A stretch of 64,000 nt of DNA from an uncultured Candidatus Rokubacteria bacterium (GTDB lineage Bacteria; Methylomirabilota; Methylomirabilia; Rokubacteriales; DASRDR01), in NCBI GenBank assembly GCA_963805625.1, contig CAWDVE010000013.1:512001-576000 (forward strand), read 5' to 3'. A program made the position numbers and the translations under genes. The first letter of the stretch is position 1. The number at the start of each line of letters is the position of its first letter. Under the pieces are notes generated by a model that saw only the letters and a list, made by a program, of their open reading frames with translations, ran no database searches and was not told the origin of the DNA. Shown here one piece after another: positions 38,126 to 46,684 of this stretch.

Positions 38126-39106
38126 GTGCGCATCGTCATCCCCGAGGGAGCCGAGTTCGTCCAGAAGCCCGAGCACCTCGATCCCCTCCGCCGCCTCGGG
38201 GAGCTCGTCGTCTCTCCCGGCCACCCCCGCGACCGGGCCGACTTCATCGAGCGCGTCAAGGACGCCGACGTGGTGGTCCTCGACTACACGCTCATGGACG
38301 AGGAGGTGCTCGCCCGCTGCCCGCGCCTCAAGTTCGTCGCGTTTCTCGGGATCGGCTACGCGAGCTGCATCGACATCGAGGCCGCCACGCGCCGCGGGGT
38401 CGTCGTGAGCAACACGCCCGACTACGGGGCGACCTCCGTCGCCGAGCACTGCCTGGGAATGATCCTCGCGCTCACCCGCCACATCGCCACGTCCTACGTG
38501 TCCCTCAAGGAGGGCCGCTGGGAGCCCGGGCGGTTCCAGGGCTCTGAGCTCCGGGGCAAGACGCTCGGCCTGGTCGGCCTCGGCCCCATCGGCCAGGAGA
38601 TGGCCCGTCTCGGGGCGGGGGTCGGCATGAAGCTCGTGGGCTGGACCCGCCACGCGACACCGGACCGCGCGAAGCACGGCCTCGTCCTCGTCCCCCTGGC
38701 GGAGGTCTTCAGCCGCTCGGACGTGGTCTCGATCCACCTCTCGCTCCGGCCGGAAACGGAGCATCTCGTGTCGCGGTCCCTCCTCTCGCGGATGAAGCCG
38801 GACGCCTACTTCGTGAACACGGCACGCGCGAAGATCGTGGACAACGCGGCGCTGGCCGATCTCCTCCGCGCCGGACGGATCGCCGGCGCGGCGTTCGACG
38901 TCTACGACGAGGAGCCCGTGCCCCCCGGTCCCCACATCTTCCGCGACCTGCCGAACACCCTCATCACGCCCCACATCGGCTACAACACCCACGAGGCAAG
39001 CCTCAACATGCTGAACATCGCCATCGCAACGATCGCCGCCCATCTGAAGGGGGAGCAGCTCCACGTCGTCAACCCGGACGCGTTCGCGCACCGGAGCGGG
39101 CGCTGA
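38126..39106 (+). CDS. D-2-hydroxyacid dehydrogenase (D-3-phosphoglycerate DH-like)
   Basis: AAGGAG RBS; SVAEH, GLVGLGPIG, VNTARA, DVYDEEP, TPHIG. Confidence 0.9.
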   Translation: MRIVIPEGAEFVQKPEHLDPLRRLGELVVSPGHPRDRADFIERVKDADVVVLDYTLMDEEVLARCPRLKFVAFLGIGYASCIDIEAATRRGVVVSNTPDYGATSVAEHCLGMILALTRHIATSYVSLKEGRWEPGRFQGSELRGKTLGLVGLGPIGQEMARLGAGVGMKLVGWTRHATPDRAKHGLVLVPLAEVFSRSDVVSIHLSLRPETEHLVSRSLLSRMKPDAYFVNTARAKIVDNAALADLLRAGRIAGAAFDVYDEEPVPPGPHIFRDLPNTLITPHIGYNTHEASLNMLNIAIATIAAHLKGEQLHVVNPDAFAHRSGR

Positions 39107-39132
39107 GCCCCGTCTGCCCGCGTCCCGCGCCG

Positions 39133-39936
39133 ATGCGGGAGCGCCTGGCGCTTCACACCTGGACGCTCGACTCCTCGCCCTTGCCGGACGCGCTCCGGAC
39201 CGCGCGCGATGCGGGGTGGCCGGCCGTCGAGCTCCGGCGGCTCGACTTCGCGCGCGCCGCCGAGGCCGGCCGGCCGGCCGAGGCGGTGCTGGATCTGGTG
39301 CGCGCGAGCGGCCTGGTCGTGGCATGTGTCGGCGGCCAGCTCGGCTGGATGTTCGCGGATGGCGCGGAGCGGGCGCGGCTCCTCGCGGCGATGGCCGAGT
39401 CCTGCCGGTGGGCGCGGGCTCTCGGGGCCTCGACCGTCATGAGCCCCGCCGACCTGGGGACGGGCGACCTCGCCCGGGCGGCCGCCGCCGTCCGCGAGGT
39501 GGGGGACATTGGTGCCGCCCACGGGGTCCGGATCGCGCTCGAGGCCCCGTCGCAGGCCGCCCAGCTCAACACGATCGAGCGGCTCCGCGAGCTGCTCGCG
39601 CGGGCGGACCATCGATCCTGCGGCCTTCTGCTCGACGCGTATCACCTCCACCGCGGCGGAGGTGGGCTCCGCGCTGTGGAGGATCTCGATCCCGGCGAGA
39701 TCGCCTACGTCCAGTTCAGCGACGTGCCGGCGTCGGGGCTCCAGCCCGGCCAGACCCTCGACCGCCTCCCGCCGGGCCGGGGTGTCGTCCCGTTCCGCGA
39801 TTTCTTCCGGCTCATCGCCGACTCGGGCTACGCCGGGTACTGCTCCTACGAGGCGCCCAATCCCGCTGCCTGGGCGCGGGACCCCCTGACCGTCGCCCGC
39901 GAGGCGCTCGCCGCGACGCACGCCGTCCTTCCCTGA
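39133..39936 (+). CDS. Sugar phosphate isomerase/epimerase (xylose isomerase-like TIM barrel)
   Basis: IALEA, LDAYHLHR, VQFSD, DRLPPGRG, YCSYE. Confidence 0.85.
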   Translation: MRERLALHTWTLDSSPLPDALRTARDAGWPAVELRRLDFARAAEAGRPAEAVLDLVRASGLVVACVGGQLGWMFADGAERARLLAAMAESCRWARALGASTVMSPADLGTGDLARAAAAVREVGDIGAAHGVRIALEAPSQAAQLNTIERLRELLARADHRSCGLLLDAYHLHRGGGGLRAVEDLDPGEIAYVQFSDVPASGLQPGQTLDRLPPGRGVVPFRDFFRLIADSGYAGYCSYEAPNPAAWARDPLTVAREALAATHAVLP

Positions 39937-40011
39937 CGGGGTCAGACCCCAGCATGCCCACAGAACGCTCCACAGTCATGAGATCCGGGGTCTGACCCCG
40001 CAGGAGGACGC

Positions 40012-40962
40012 ATGACCCCGAGGGGACTCGAGCTGAACGTCATGATCGAGGGCCAGGAGGGTCTCACCTGGGAGCGCTGGCAGCGCCTGGCGCGGGCCGC
40101 GGAGGACGGCGGATTCGGCGGGCTCTACCGCTCCGACCACCTCACCGGGCTCTTCGGGGACTCGACGCGACCCTCGCTCGAGACGTGGGCGTCGCTGCCG
40201 TGGCTCGCGACCGCGACGAAGCGGATCCGCTTCGGCCCGATCGTCTCCCCCCTGACGTTCTACCACCCCGCGCTCCTGGCCAAGCGCGCCGCCGCCATCG
40301 ACCAGCTGGCCGGCGGCCGCTTCGACCTCGGCATCGGAGCGGGCTGGAACGAGATGGAGCACCGCATGTTCGGGATTCCGTTCCCGCCGCTTCGCGAGCG
40401 CATGGACCGCCTGGAGTCCGGGGCGCGGGCGATCCGCGCGCTCTGGCACGGGACGCCGGTGACGCTCGATCAGCCCTACTCTCCGCTCGTCGAGGCGCAG
40501 AGCTTCCCCCTCCCGACGGGCGTGCGGCTAATCGTCGGTGGGCGCGGCGAGCGGCGGACGATGCGCGTCGCCGCCGAGCTCGCCGACGAGTGGAACGCGA
40601 CGCGCGTGACCTTCGACGAGTATCCGCGGAAGCTCGAGGTTCTGGCCGGCCACTGCCGCGCCGTCGGACGGGATCCGGCGACGATCCAGCTGTCGCTGAT
40701 GGCCCCGATCGTGGTGGGCCGCACGCGGGCCGAGGTCCTAGCCCGGCTGGCCCGGGGCCGCGAGTGGTTCCCGCGCGTCCCGGAGCACGAGGCGGAGTGG
40801 CGGGCCCAGAGCTTCCTCTTCGGCTCGGTGGACGAGGTGGTGCGTGACCTCCGTCGCTGGCAGGAGCTCGGGATCCGGCGCGTCATGCTCCAGTGCCTCG
40901 ACATCGACGACCTCGCCGCGCTCGAGCTCGTCGCCCGCGAGGTGATCCCCGCCGTCGTTTGA
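40012..40962 (+). CDS. LLM-class (luciferase-like), probably F420-dependent oxidoreductase
   Basis: AGGAGG RBS; EGQEG, YRSDH, GRFDLGIGAGWNEMEH, VGGRGERRT, ADEWN. Confidence 0.88.
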   Translation: MTPRGLELNVMIEGQEGLTWERWQRLARAAEDGGFGGLYRSDHLTGLFGDSTRPSLETWASLPWLATATKRIRFGPIVSPLTFYHPALLAKRAAAIDQLAGGRFDLGIGAGWNEMEHRMFGIPFPPLRERMDRLESGARAIRALWHGTPVTLDQPYSPLVEAQSFPLPTGVRLIVGGRGERRTMRVAAELADEWNATRVTFDEYPRKLEVLAGHCRAVGRDPATIQLSLMAPIVVGRTRAEVLARLARGREWFPRVPEHEAEWRAQSFLFGSVDEVVRDLRRWQELGIRRVMLQCLDIDDLAALELVAREVIPAVV

Positions 40963-40981
40963 GCCGGAGTGCCTGAGTCCG

Positions 40982-41896
40982 ATGACCCCTGACCGTCCGC
41001 CAGCGTCAGCGCCGGCCCCAGCGTCGGCCAAGATCTCACGCGCGGGCCGCCTGCGCGCTCAGCTCGCCCGCGGGCGCCTCACGGTGCCGAGCTGCTACGA
41101 CGCGCTCGGCTTCCGCATGATCGCCCGGGCCCGCTTCCCGGCGGCCTTCCTCAGCGGGTTCTCGGTGTCCGCGGCCCGGCTCGGGGTTCCGGACGCCGGC
41201 CTCCTGTCCTACGGCGAGATGGCGGCGCAGGCCCGCGACGTGGCGGCGTCGGCGTCGATTCCCCTGATCGTCGATGGCGACACGGGCTTCGGCAGCGCGC
41301 AGAACGTGCAGCGCACGGTCCGAGGCTTGGCCGCGGCCGGCGCCGCGTGTCTCATGCTGGAGGACCAGGAAAGCCCGAAGCGGGACTTCGGAGCGCCCGG
41401 CGCGGTGGCTCCGCGAGCTGACGCCCTTCGCCGGGTGAAGGCGGCCGTCCAGGCTCGCGAGGCCGGCGCCGAGATCCTGATCATCGGTCGCACCGACGCC
41501 CGCAACGCGGCCGGGCGAGCCAGCGGGCTGGACGAGGCGCTGTGGCGCGCCGCCGCGTTCGCGGACCTCGGCGCCGATCTCGTGTTCGTCACCGGGCCGC
41601 ACGACGCAACGGAGCTCGGGCGCGTCCGCGGCGCCGCCCGGGTGCCACAGATCGTTCAGGTGGACGAACCGGGTCGGACATGGCTCGGGCCGGCCCAAGT
41701 CCACGAGCTCGGCTTCGAGGTCGCGCTGTACGGGATCTCGCTCGTGCTCGCGGCCGCCGCCGCGTTTCGAGACGCGCTGGCCGCGATGGCCGCCGGCCGG
41801 CCGCTGCCGGACGATCGGGCCGTCACGTCCGGGGAGATCGGCGACATCGTCGGGGTAGCCGACTACCTCGCCGTCGAGCGCGACCTGGAGAGCTGA
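40982..41896 (+). CDS. Isocitrate lyase/PEP mutase superfamily protein
   Basis: YDAL, SGFSVSA..LGVPDAG, VDGDTGFG, LEDQ, GRTDA, GADLVF. Confidence 0.88.
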   Translation: MTPDRPPASAPAPASAKISRAGRLRAQLARGRLTVPSCYDALGFRMIARARFPAAFLSGFSVSAARLGVPDAGLLSYGEMAAQARDVAASASIPLIVDGDTGFGSAQNVQRTVRGLAAAGAACLMLEDQESPKRDFGAPGAVAPRADALRRVKAAVQAREAGAEILIIGRTDARNAAGRASGLDEALWRAAAFADLGADLVFVTGPHDATELGRVRGAARVPQIVQVDEPGRTWLGPAQVHELGFEVALYGISLVLAAAAAFRDALAAMAAGRPLPDDRAVTSGEIGDIVGVADYLAVERDLES

Positions 41897-41993
41897 TGAG
41901 TTGACGAGTCACCGGGCCGGGTCTACCGTCAAGACAGGCGACTCGCGAGAGCGCCGGGCGTGACTCGGCGGCGAAACCGCCGTCACCGTCACG

Positions 41994-42018
41994 CCGCCAA
42001 CAGACCGCCAACAGACCG
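41994..42018. repeat. 11-bp tandem direct repeat (CCGCCAACAGA x2 plus CCG) just upstream of an RBS
   Basis: Seen directly at 41994-42004 and 42005-42015. Confidence 0.6.
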
Positions 42019-42031
42019 AAGGAGGCCCATC

Positions 42032-42208
42032 ATGGCGAAGGTGCTTCATTGCGGAGACTTGATGCCAGGCTGCAAGGCCGTGATCGAGGGACACGACGTC
42101 GCCGAGGTCATGAAGAAGGGGGCGGAGCACGCCAAGACCGCTCACGGCATGAGCACGATTCCTCCGGACATGGCGAAGAAGGTGGAGGCGGCGATCAAGA
42201 ACAAGTAG
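42032..42208 (+). CDS. DUF1059 family small metal-binding protein
   Basis: AAGGAGG RBS; MAKVLHCGDLMPGC...EHAKTAHGM (CxxxxxxC...H...H). Confidence 0.88.
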   Translation: MAKVLHCGDLMPGCKAVIEGHDVAEVMKKGAEHAKTAHGMSTIPPDMAKKVEAAIKNK

Positions 42209-42227
42209 CTCGCCTTCCCGCTAGCTC

Positions 42228-42272
42228 CCCGTGGCGGGCGGATTCGCCGTGCGGCGGCCGCTCCGTCATGGG
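42228..42272. terminator. Imperfect hairpin between convergent genes
   Basis: CCCGTGGCGG-GCGG ... CCGC-T-CCGTCATGGG pairing with G-U wobbles. Confidence 0.4.
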
Positions 42273-42358
42273 CGAGACGCCGGCGCCCAGGCCAGAGCCC
42301 CGTAGTTACCGCTCCGCTGGCTGACGCGCCGGCGATTCCCGCCCGTCCGGATCGCTCG

Positions 42359-43024
42359 CTATCCTCCGAGCTGCCAGCGCCGGATCGCCTCGATCGGACG
42401 CAGGAGCATGAGAATGTTGAGCGTGAGATTGTCCCGGATCCAGACGGCCAGGATTCCCTCGAGGAGCCCGATTCCCACGACGAGCAGCCACACGGGCAGC
42501 CTCGTCGCGAGCACGCAGCCGAGCGTCACCGCCAGGATATCACCCACGGAGTTCAGCACGCTGTCGCCGTAGTAGCCGAGCGAGGCGGTGGCGGCGCGAT
42601 AGCGCTGGATCACGGCGTCGGTGTTCTCGAAGACTTCCCAGGAGCACTCGAGCGCGAGCGCGACGACGACGCGCGTCCGGGCCGGGAGCCGCCGGCACAC
42701 GAGTCCCACCAAGCCGAGGAGCAGGACGCCGTGCGTGACGTGCGTGAGCGTGTACGGATCGGTCAGCTGCTGCGAGTTCTGGTCGCTCTGGACGTCGCCC
42801 GACCACAGCCGGACGGGCCCGTGCCGATACACGAGTGGCCGGCCCATGGCGAGCAGGAGCGTCGCGCTCAGCGCCACGATCAGGCTCACGATCGCCACGT
42901 CCGTCCACACTGGCGGGGCCGCCCCATCCACGCCCGGCCGAGACCAGGCGAACCGTCTGCCCGCGAGCAGCAGCGCCGTCAGGAGCAGAACCAGAAGCGG
43001 CGGAAGGACACCGTCCAGGATCAC
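42359..43024 (-). CDS. DUF2585 (UPF0314) family membrane protein
   Basis: LW.GDV.S..NSQQLTDPYTLTHVTHG, WEVFENT, YYGDSVLNS.GD, IRDNLTLNILML; start uncertain. Confidence 0.85.
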   Translation of the reverse strand: MILDGVLPPLLVLLLTALLLAGRRFAWSRPGVDGAAPPVWTDVAIVSLIVALSATLLLAMGRPLVYRHGPVRLWSGDVQSDQNSQQLTDPYTLTHVTHGVLLLGLVGLVCRRLPARTRVVVALALECSWEVFENTDAVIQRYRAATASLGYYGDSVLNSVGDILAVTLGCVLATRLPVWLLVVGIGLLEGILAVWIRDNLTLNILMLLRPIEAIRRWQLGG

Positions 43025-43090
43025 GCGCCCGGAGACTCGCCTTCCATCGGACACGCGGGATCGCGGGCCCACTCCTCGAGCGAGCCATCG

Positions 43091-43285
43091 TCAGCGGGAC
43101 TGAACTGACGGAAGGCATTGAGCCGGGCCTCGTGGGCGCGCCAGTCGAGCGCGCCCGCCAATACTCGCGAGTGCACAGGACCGAGGTCCGGCGTCGCAGC
43201 CGTCCGGGAACCTCGTCGGCCAGCGCGTCCGCGCGAGTCGCTCGGAGATCTTGCAGGACCCCGTCGGGGACGTGCCCGTGACGGC
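43091..43285 (-). pseudogene. Degraded N-terminal remnant of a microsomal-type epoxide hydrolase
   Basis: Frame-hopping fragments VPDGVLQDL / ERLARTRWP / EYWR / DWRAHEARLNAFRQF. Confidence 0.65.
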
Positions 43286-43444
43286 GCCAGCAGTGCCCAT
43301 CGCGCGCGCCTAGTATGCCTTGACCCTCTCCCGGCCAGGAGGGCAGAACGCGGCCCACCGACCGAGCCAGCCGGCCCGGGGAGGACCACATCCATGGCGG
43401 AACATCACCGGATGTTCGTCGAGGCAGTCCCCGCTGGGACGGCG

Positions 43445-43774
43445 CTAGCGCCCCCGGCGAGCCGCCACCGCGAAGTCGAGGAAGTAGCGGTCGAGATCCT
43501 CCAGCGTGGCTCCGTACTCGCGCCCGCCGTCGGCGGCGTCGCACAGCACCTCTCGGGCCCGCGCGATCTCCTTGAGCCGGCCCCGCCAGCGCGGGTCGGC
43601 CAGCGTGAGATCCAGGAGCTCCAGCGCGCGCTCGAAGGCGGCGGTCCGCTGCGCCGCAGCGCGGCGACGCATCCGTCCTACCTCCGCCCCGACGTTGGCC
43701 AGCTGCTCGGCAAGGGACAGCTGCTGCCAGCGGCCGCCGGCGAGACCCGGGTGACGGGGAGGCGGCGTCGTCAT
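43445..43774 (-). CDS. Conserved-looking helical hypothetical protein coupled to the DUF5674 gene
   Basis: ATGA overlap; RWQQLSLAEQLANVGAEV, FERALELLDLT, KEIARARE, YFLDFA. Confidence 0.75.
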   Translation of the reverse strand: MTTPPPRHPGLAGGRWQQLSLAEQLANVGAEVGRMRRRAAAQRTAAFERALELLDLTLADPRWRGRLKEIARAREVLCDAADGGREYGATLEDLDRYFLDFAVAARRGR

Positions 43775-44124
43775 TCCCGGACCAGGCGATCCACGATCGC
43801 TAGGATCCGCTCTCGCCGCGCGGCGTCCTCCACCGAGCGAGAGCGATTCCCCTGCAAGGGTCTGACGTTGATCATCGAGTCGAACTCGACGCGCTCGGCC
43901 CCGGCGGTGTCGGGATACAGGTTGATGCCCCACAGATCCGCCTGACGGGAGCCCTGATCCAGGAGGGCTGCCTCCTCGTCGGCGTGTAGCTCGCCGCCGA
44001 TTGCCATGATGCCCTGCTCCACGTCCACCACTGCCTTCACCATCTCGCCGAACTGCTCCCGCGCAAGGCTCCGCACCTCGTCGAGCGTGAGGGGTTCGCG
44101 GACGATCTGGATCGGGATGGCCAC
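43771..44124 (-). CDS. DUF5674 family protein
   Basis: AGGAG RBS plus GTG; MVKAVVDV...GGELHADEE..LL..GS.Q..LWGINLYP...EFDSMINVRP..GNRSR. Confidence 0.8.
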   Translation of the reverse strand: MAIPIQIVREPLTLDEVRSLAREQFGEMVKAVVDVEQGIMAIGGELHADEEAALLDQGSRQADLWGINLYPDTAGAERVEFDSMINVRPLQGNRSRSVEDAARRERILAIVDRLVRE

Positions 44125-44170
44125 AGGACTCCTGTCCGGCCGCCGCCTCGGCGGCGGATCGCGAGCGATG

Positions 44171-44848
44171 CTATCCCGCGCGGTCCTCCGCAGCAACCCC
44201 GGGCGACGCCGACCGGTCCCAGGCCACGAACCGCCGCATGCTCCCGCTCGCCCGCCGGGTGGCGGGCTCGATGGCGAAGCCGGCGGCCTCGATGGTCCGC
44301 TCGGTGTCCCGGTTCGGCCGGCAGCCGCCGGCCACCCGGGTCCACGCGGGCTGGATCAGGTCCTGCACCCGAGCGCGCCAGGGGCGGTCGGACCGCACGT
44401 GCTCCAGCATCCGGAGCGCGCCGCCCGGGCGGAGGACGCGCCGGACCTCGGCGAGGCCCGCCTCCGGGTCGTCGACGCTGCAGAAGACGAGGCCGCTCAC
44501 CACCGTGTCGAAGGCCTGGCTCCGGAACGGCAGGGCCTCGGCCCGGGCCTGGACGAGCCGCGCGACAGGGGCACGCCGACGGGCGCGGCGGAGCGGGTCG
44601 CGCGCGGGGTCGACGGCCACGGTGCCGACCGGAAGGAGCGGCAGGTTCCGGCCGGTGCCGCAGCCCAGGTCGAGGACGCGGCCGCGGGCGCCCTCACAGA
44701 GCCAGCATCGCCAGCGCTTGAGCCCCGTCCACTCGGCAAGCGCAAGGGTCGCGTCGTAGAGCCACGGGATCTGCTCGAACCCCCGCCCCGGTGGACGCGT
44801 TGAGCGCGCCGCCCCGCTGCCCGACGAAGCGGCGGGGCGGCGCGACAC
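44171..44848 (-). CDS. Class I SAM-dependent methyltransferase
   Basis: VLDLGCGTG, AEALPF, FDTVVSGLVFCSV, VLRPGG, EHVRS, GCRPNRD; start codon uncertain. Confidence 0.82.
   Translation of the reverse strand: MSRRPAASSGSGAARSTRPPGRGFEQIPWLYDATLALAEWTGLKRWRCWLCEGARGRVLDLGCGTGRNLPLLPVGTVAVDPARDPLRRARRRAPVARLVQARAEALPFRSQAFDTVVSGLVFCSVDDPEAGLAEVRRVLRPGGALRMLEHVRSDRPWRARVQDLIQPAWTRVAGGCRPNRDTERTIEAAGFAIEPATRRASGSMRRFVAWDRSASPGVAAEDRAG
44805..44844. terminator. 16-bp GC-rich inverted repeat just downstream of the Tat-MBL gene
   Basis: CGCGCCGCCCCGCTGC (44805-44820) and GCGGCGGGGCGGCGCG (44829-44844), one wobble. Confidence 0.5.
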
Positions 44849-44853
44849 TGGAG

Positions 44854-45726
44854 TCAGTTCGGCCGGCGGTGCGACTGGACGTGGCGGTACATGCCGGCCA
44901 CGTTGAGCGGGAACGTCTCCTTGTAGCCTCCCCACCCCTCGTATTTCGGCATCGTCACGGCCTGGACCACCTCTTGCTCGCTCTTCCCTTCCCGCGCGAG
45001 CCGGAGCACCTCGTCGCGGAGCTCCTCCATGTACACGCGGAAGGCGCGCACGTCGTCCTTCGTACCGACCGGGCCGTGGCCAGGGACGAGCACGTCGAAA
45101 TCCATCGCCTCGACGCGCCGGAGCGACTCGATCCACTCCTCGATGTAGGCGTCCGGCCAGTCCCGGAACCCGATCGCCTTCACCGGGATGAAGTCGACGG
45201 CGAACAGGAGGCGCTCCCTCGGGAAGCGCATCACGACGGAGTTGTCCGAGTGGTTCCGGCCCACGTACAGGAGCTCGACCATCGTGCCCCCCAGCTCGAT
45301 CGTCATGCGGTCGGAGAACGTGGCCTGGGGCACGGCCGTCGGCCGCTTCTCGGCGACGATCGTCCGCCGGGCATTCTCGTGGGCGATGATCCGGGCGGTG
45401 TCCGCGAAGACCTCGCCGCCCGAAATGTGATCGGCGTGGTCGTGGCTGTAGACCACGACTCGGATCGGCTGGGAGAAGCTCTTGGCGATCTCGGCCTTGA
45501 GCCAGCGGGCGGCATCGGCGTTGATGGGGTCGGTCGCGATGACACCCTCGGGCGTCACGGCGAAGACCGAGTAGTGGAAGTTGTTTCGGAAGCGGTACAC
45601 CGGCCCCACGAGCGGGGTGATCTCCCGGACCGGAGCCGTGGCCTGAGCGGATACCAGCTGGGCCCGGAGGGGCAGGACTGCCAGGCCGAGGCCCCCGGCG
45701 AGGACAGCGCGGCGCGTGATCGTCAT
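44854..45726 (-). CDS. Tat-exported MBL-fold metallo-hydrolase
   Basis: AGAGGAGG RBS; ITRRAVL twin-arginine signal; SHDHADH, NHSD, VD, VPGHG. Confidence 0.88.
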   Translation of the reverse strand: MTITRRAVLAGGLGLAVLPLRAQLVSAQATAPVREITPLVGPVYRFRNNFHYSVFAVTPEGVIATDPINADAARWLKAEIAKSFSQPIRVVVYSHDHADHISGGEVFADTARIIAHENARRTIVAEKRPTAVPQATFSDRMTIELGGTMVELLYVGRNHSDNSVVMRFPRERLLFAVDFIPVKAIGFRDWPDAYIEEWIESLRRVEAMDFDVLVPGHGPVGTKDDVRAFRVYMEELRDEVLRLAREGKSEQEVVQAVTMPKYEGWGGYKETFPLNVAGMYRHVQSHRRPN

Positions 45727-45883
45727 GAACGCCTCCTCTTTGTATGCGAAGGGTTAGAGCCGCGGGTGCCCGACAGCCCCGGGCATCACCCGCCGGTCGA
45801 CACTCATTCAACTGGCCGGGGCCCCCGGAAGTTCAAGGCTCCGCCGTACCCGGGGGGCCGCCCCGCGCCCGGCCCGGCAGGCG

Positions 45884-46684
45884 TCAGTGCATCAGGAAGC
45901 CACCGTCGACGGTGACCGCTTGCCCCGTGATGTACCCGCCCGCCGCGGACGCCAGGAAGACGATGACGCGGGCGACGTCGTCGGGGTCGGCCAGCCGGCC
46001 GAGAGGCACGGTGGCAGCGCGCTGCTTCATGAACTCGCCGGCGGCGAGACCCTGCTGGCGAACGCCGATCAGGTCGTCGAGCCGCCAGTTGAAGTCGGTG
46101 TCGACGATCCCCGGGCAGACCGCGTTGACGCGGACGCCGTGGCGGGCGAGGGCGCGCGCCGCCTGCTGCGTGAGCGACAGGACCGCCGTCTTGCTGGCCG
46201 CGTACGGGGGCGAGAGGCTCGCCGAGCCGCGGCCGGCGATGGACGAGACGTTCACGATGGCGCCCGCGCCCTGGCGGATCATCACCGGCGCAGCCGCCTG
46301 CATGCAGAAGAAGAGGCCGCGCGCGTTGACGGCGAAGGTCTCGTCCCAGTCGCGCTCGCTCACCTGGCCGAACGGGGTCGGCCGGATCACCCCCGCGTTG
46401 TTCACGAGGACGTCGAGCCGCCCCAGGCCCTCGGTGACGCGCGCGACCAGGCGCTCGATCTCCGGCACCGCCGAGACATCGGCCGGAAGCGCGAGGGCCT
46501 TCCGTCCGAGCGCGCGCACCTCGCCGGCCACCCGCTCGGCGGCGTCGGCGCGGAGGTCGTTGACGGCGAGGTCGGCTCCCGCGCGAGCCAGGGCGAGCGC
46601 CGTCGCCCGGCCGATCCCCTGCCCCGCCCCCGTGACGAGGGCGACCTGGCCCGCGAGCGACTCGCCCGCCGCCCTCTCAGGCAC
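45884..46684 (-). CDS. SDR family oxidoreductase
   Basis: TGAGQGIG, NNAG, YAASK, NAVCPG, ITGQ..TVDGG; overlaps the aroG stop. Confidence 0.92.
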   Translation of the reverse strand: MPERAAGESLAGQVALVTGAGQGIGRATALALARAGADLAVNDLRADAAERVAGEVRALGRKALALPADVSAVPEIERLVARVTEGLGRLDVLVNNAGVIRPTPFGQVSERDWDETFAVNARGLFFCMQAAAPVMIRQGAGAIVNVSSIAGRGSASLSPPYAASKTAVLSLTQQAARALARHGVRVNAVCPGIVDTDFNWRLDDLIGVRQQGLAAGEFMKQRAATVPLGRLADPDDVARVIVFLASAAGGYITGQAVTVDGGFLMH

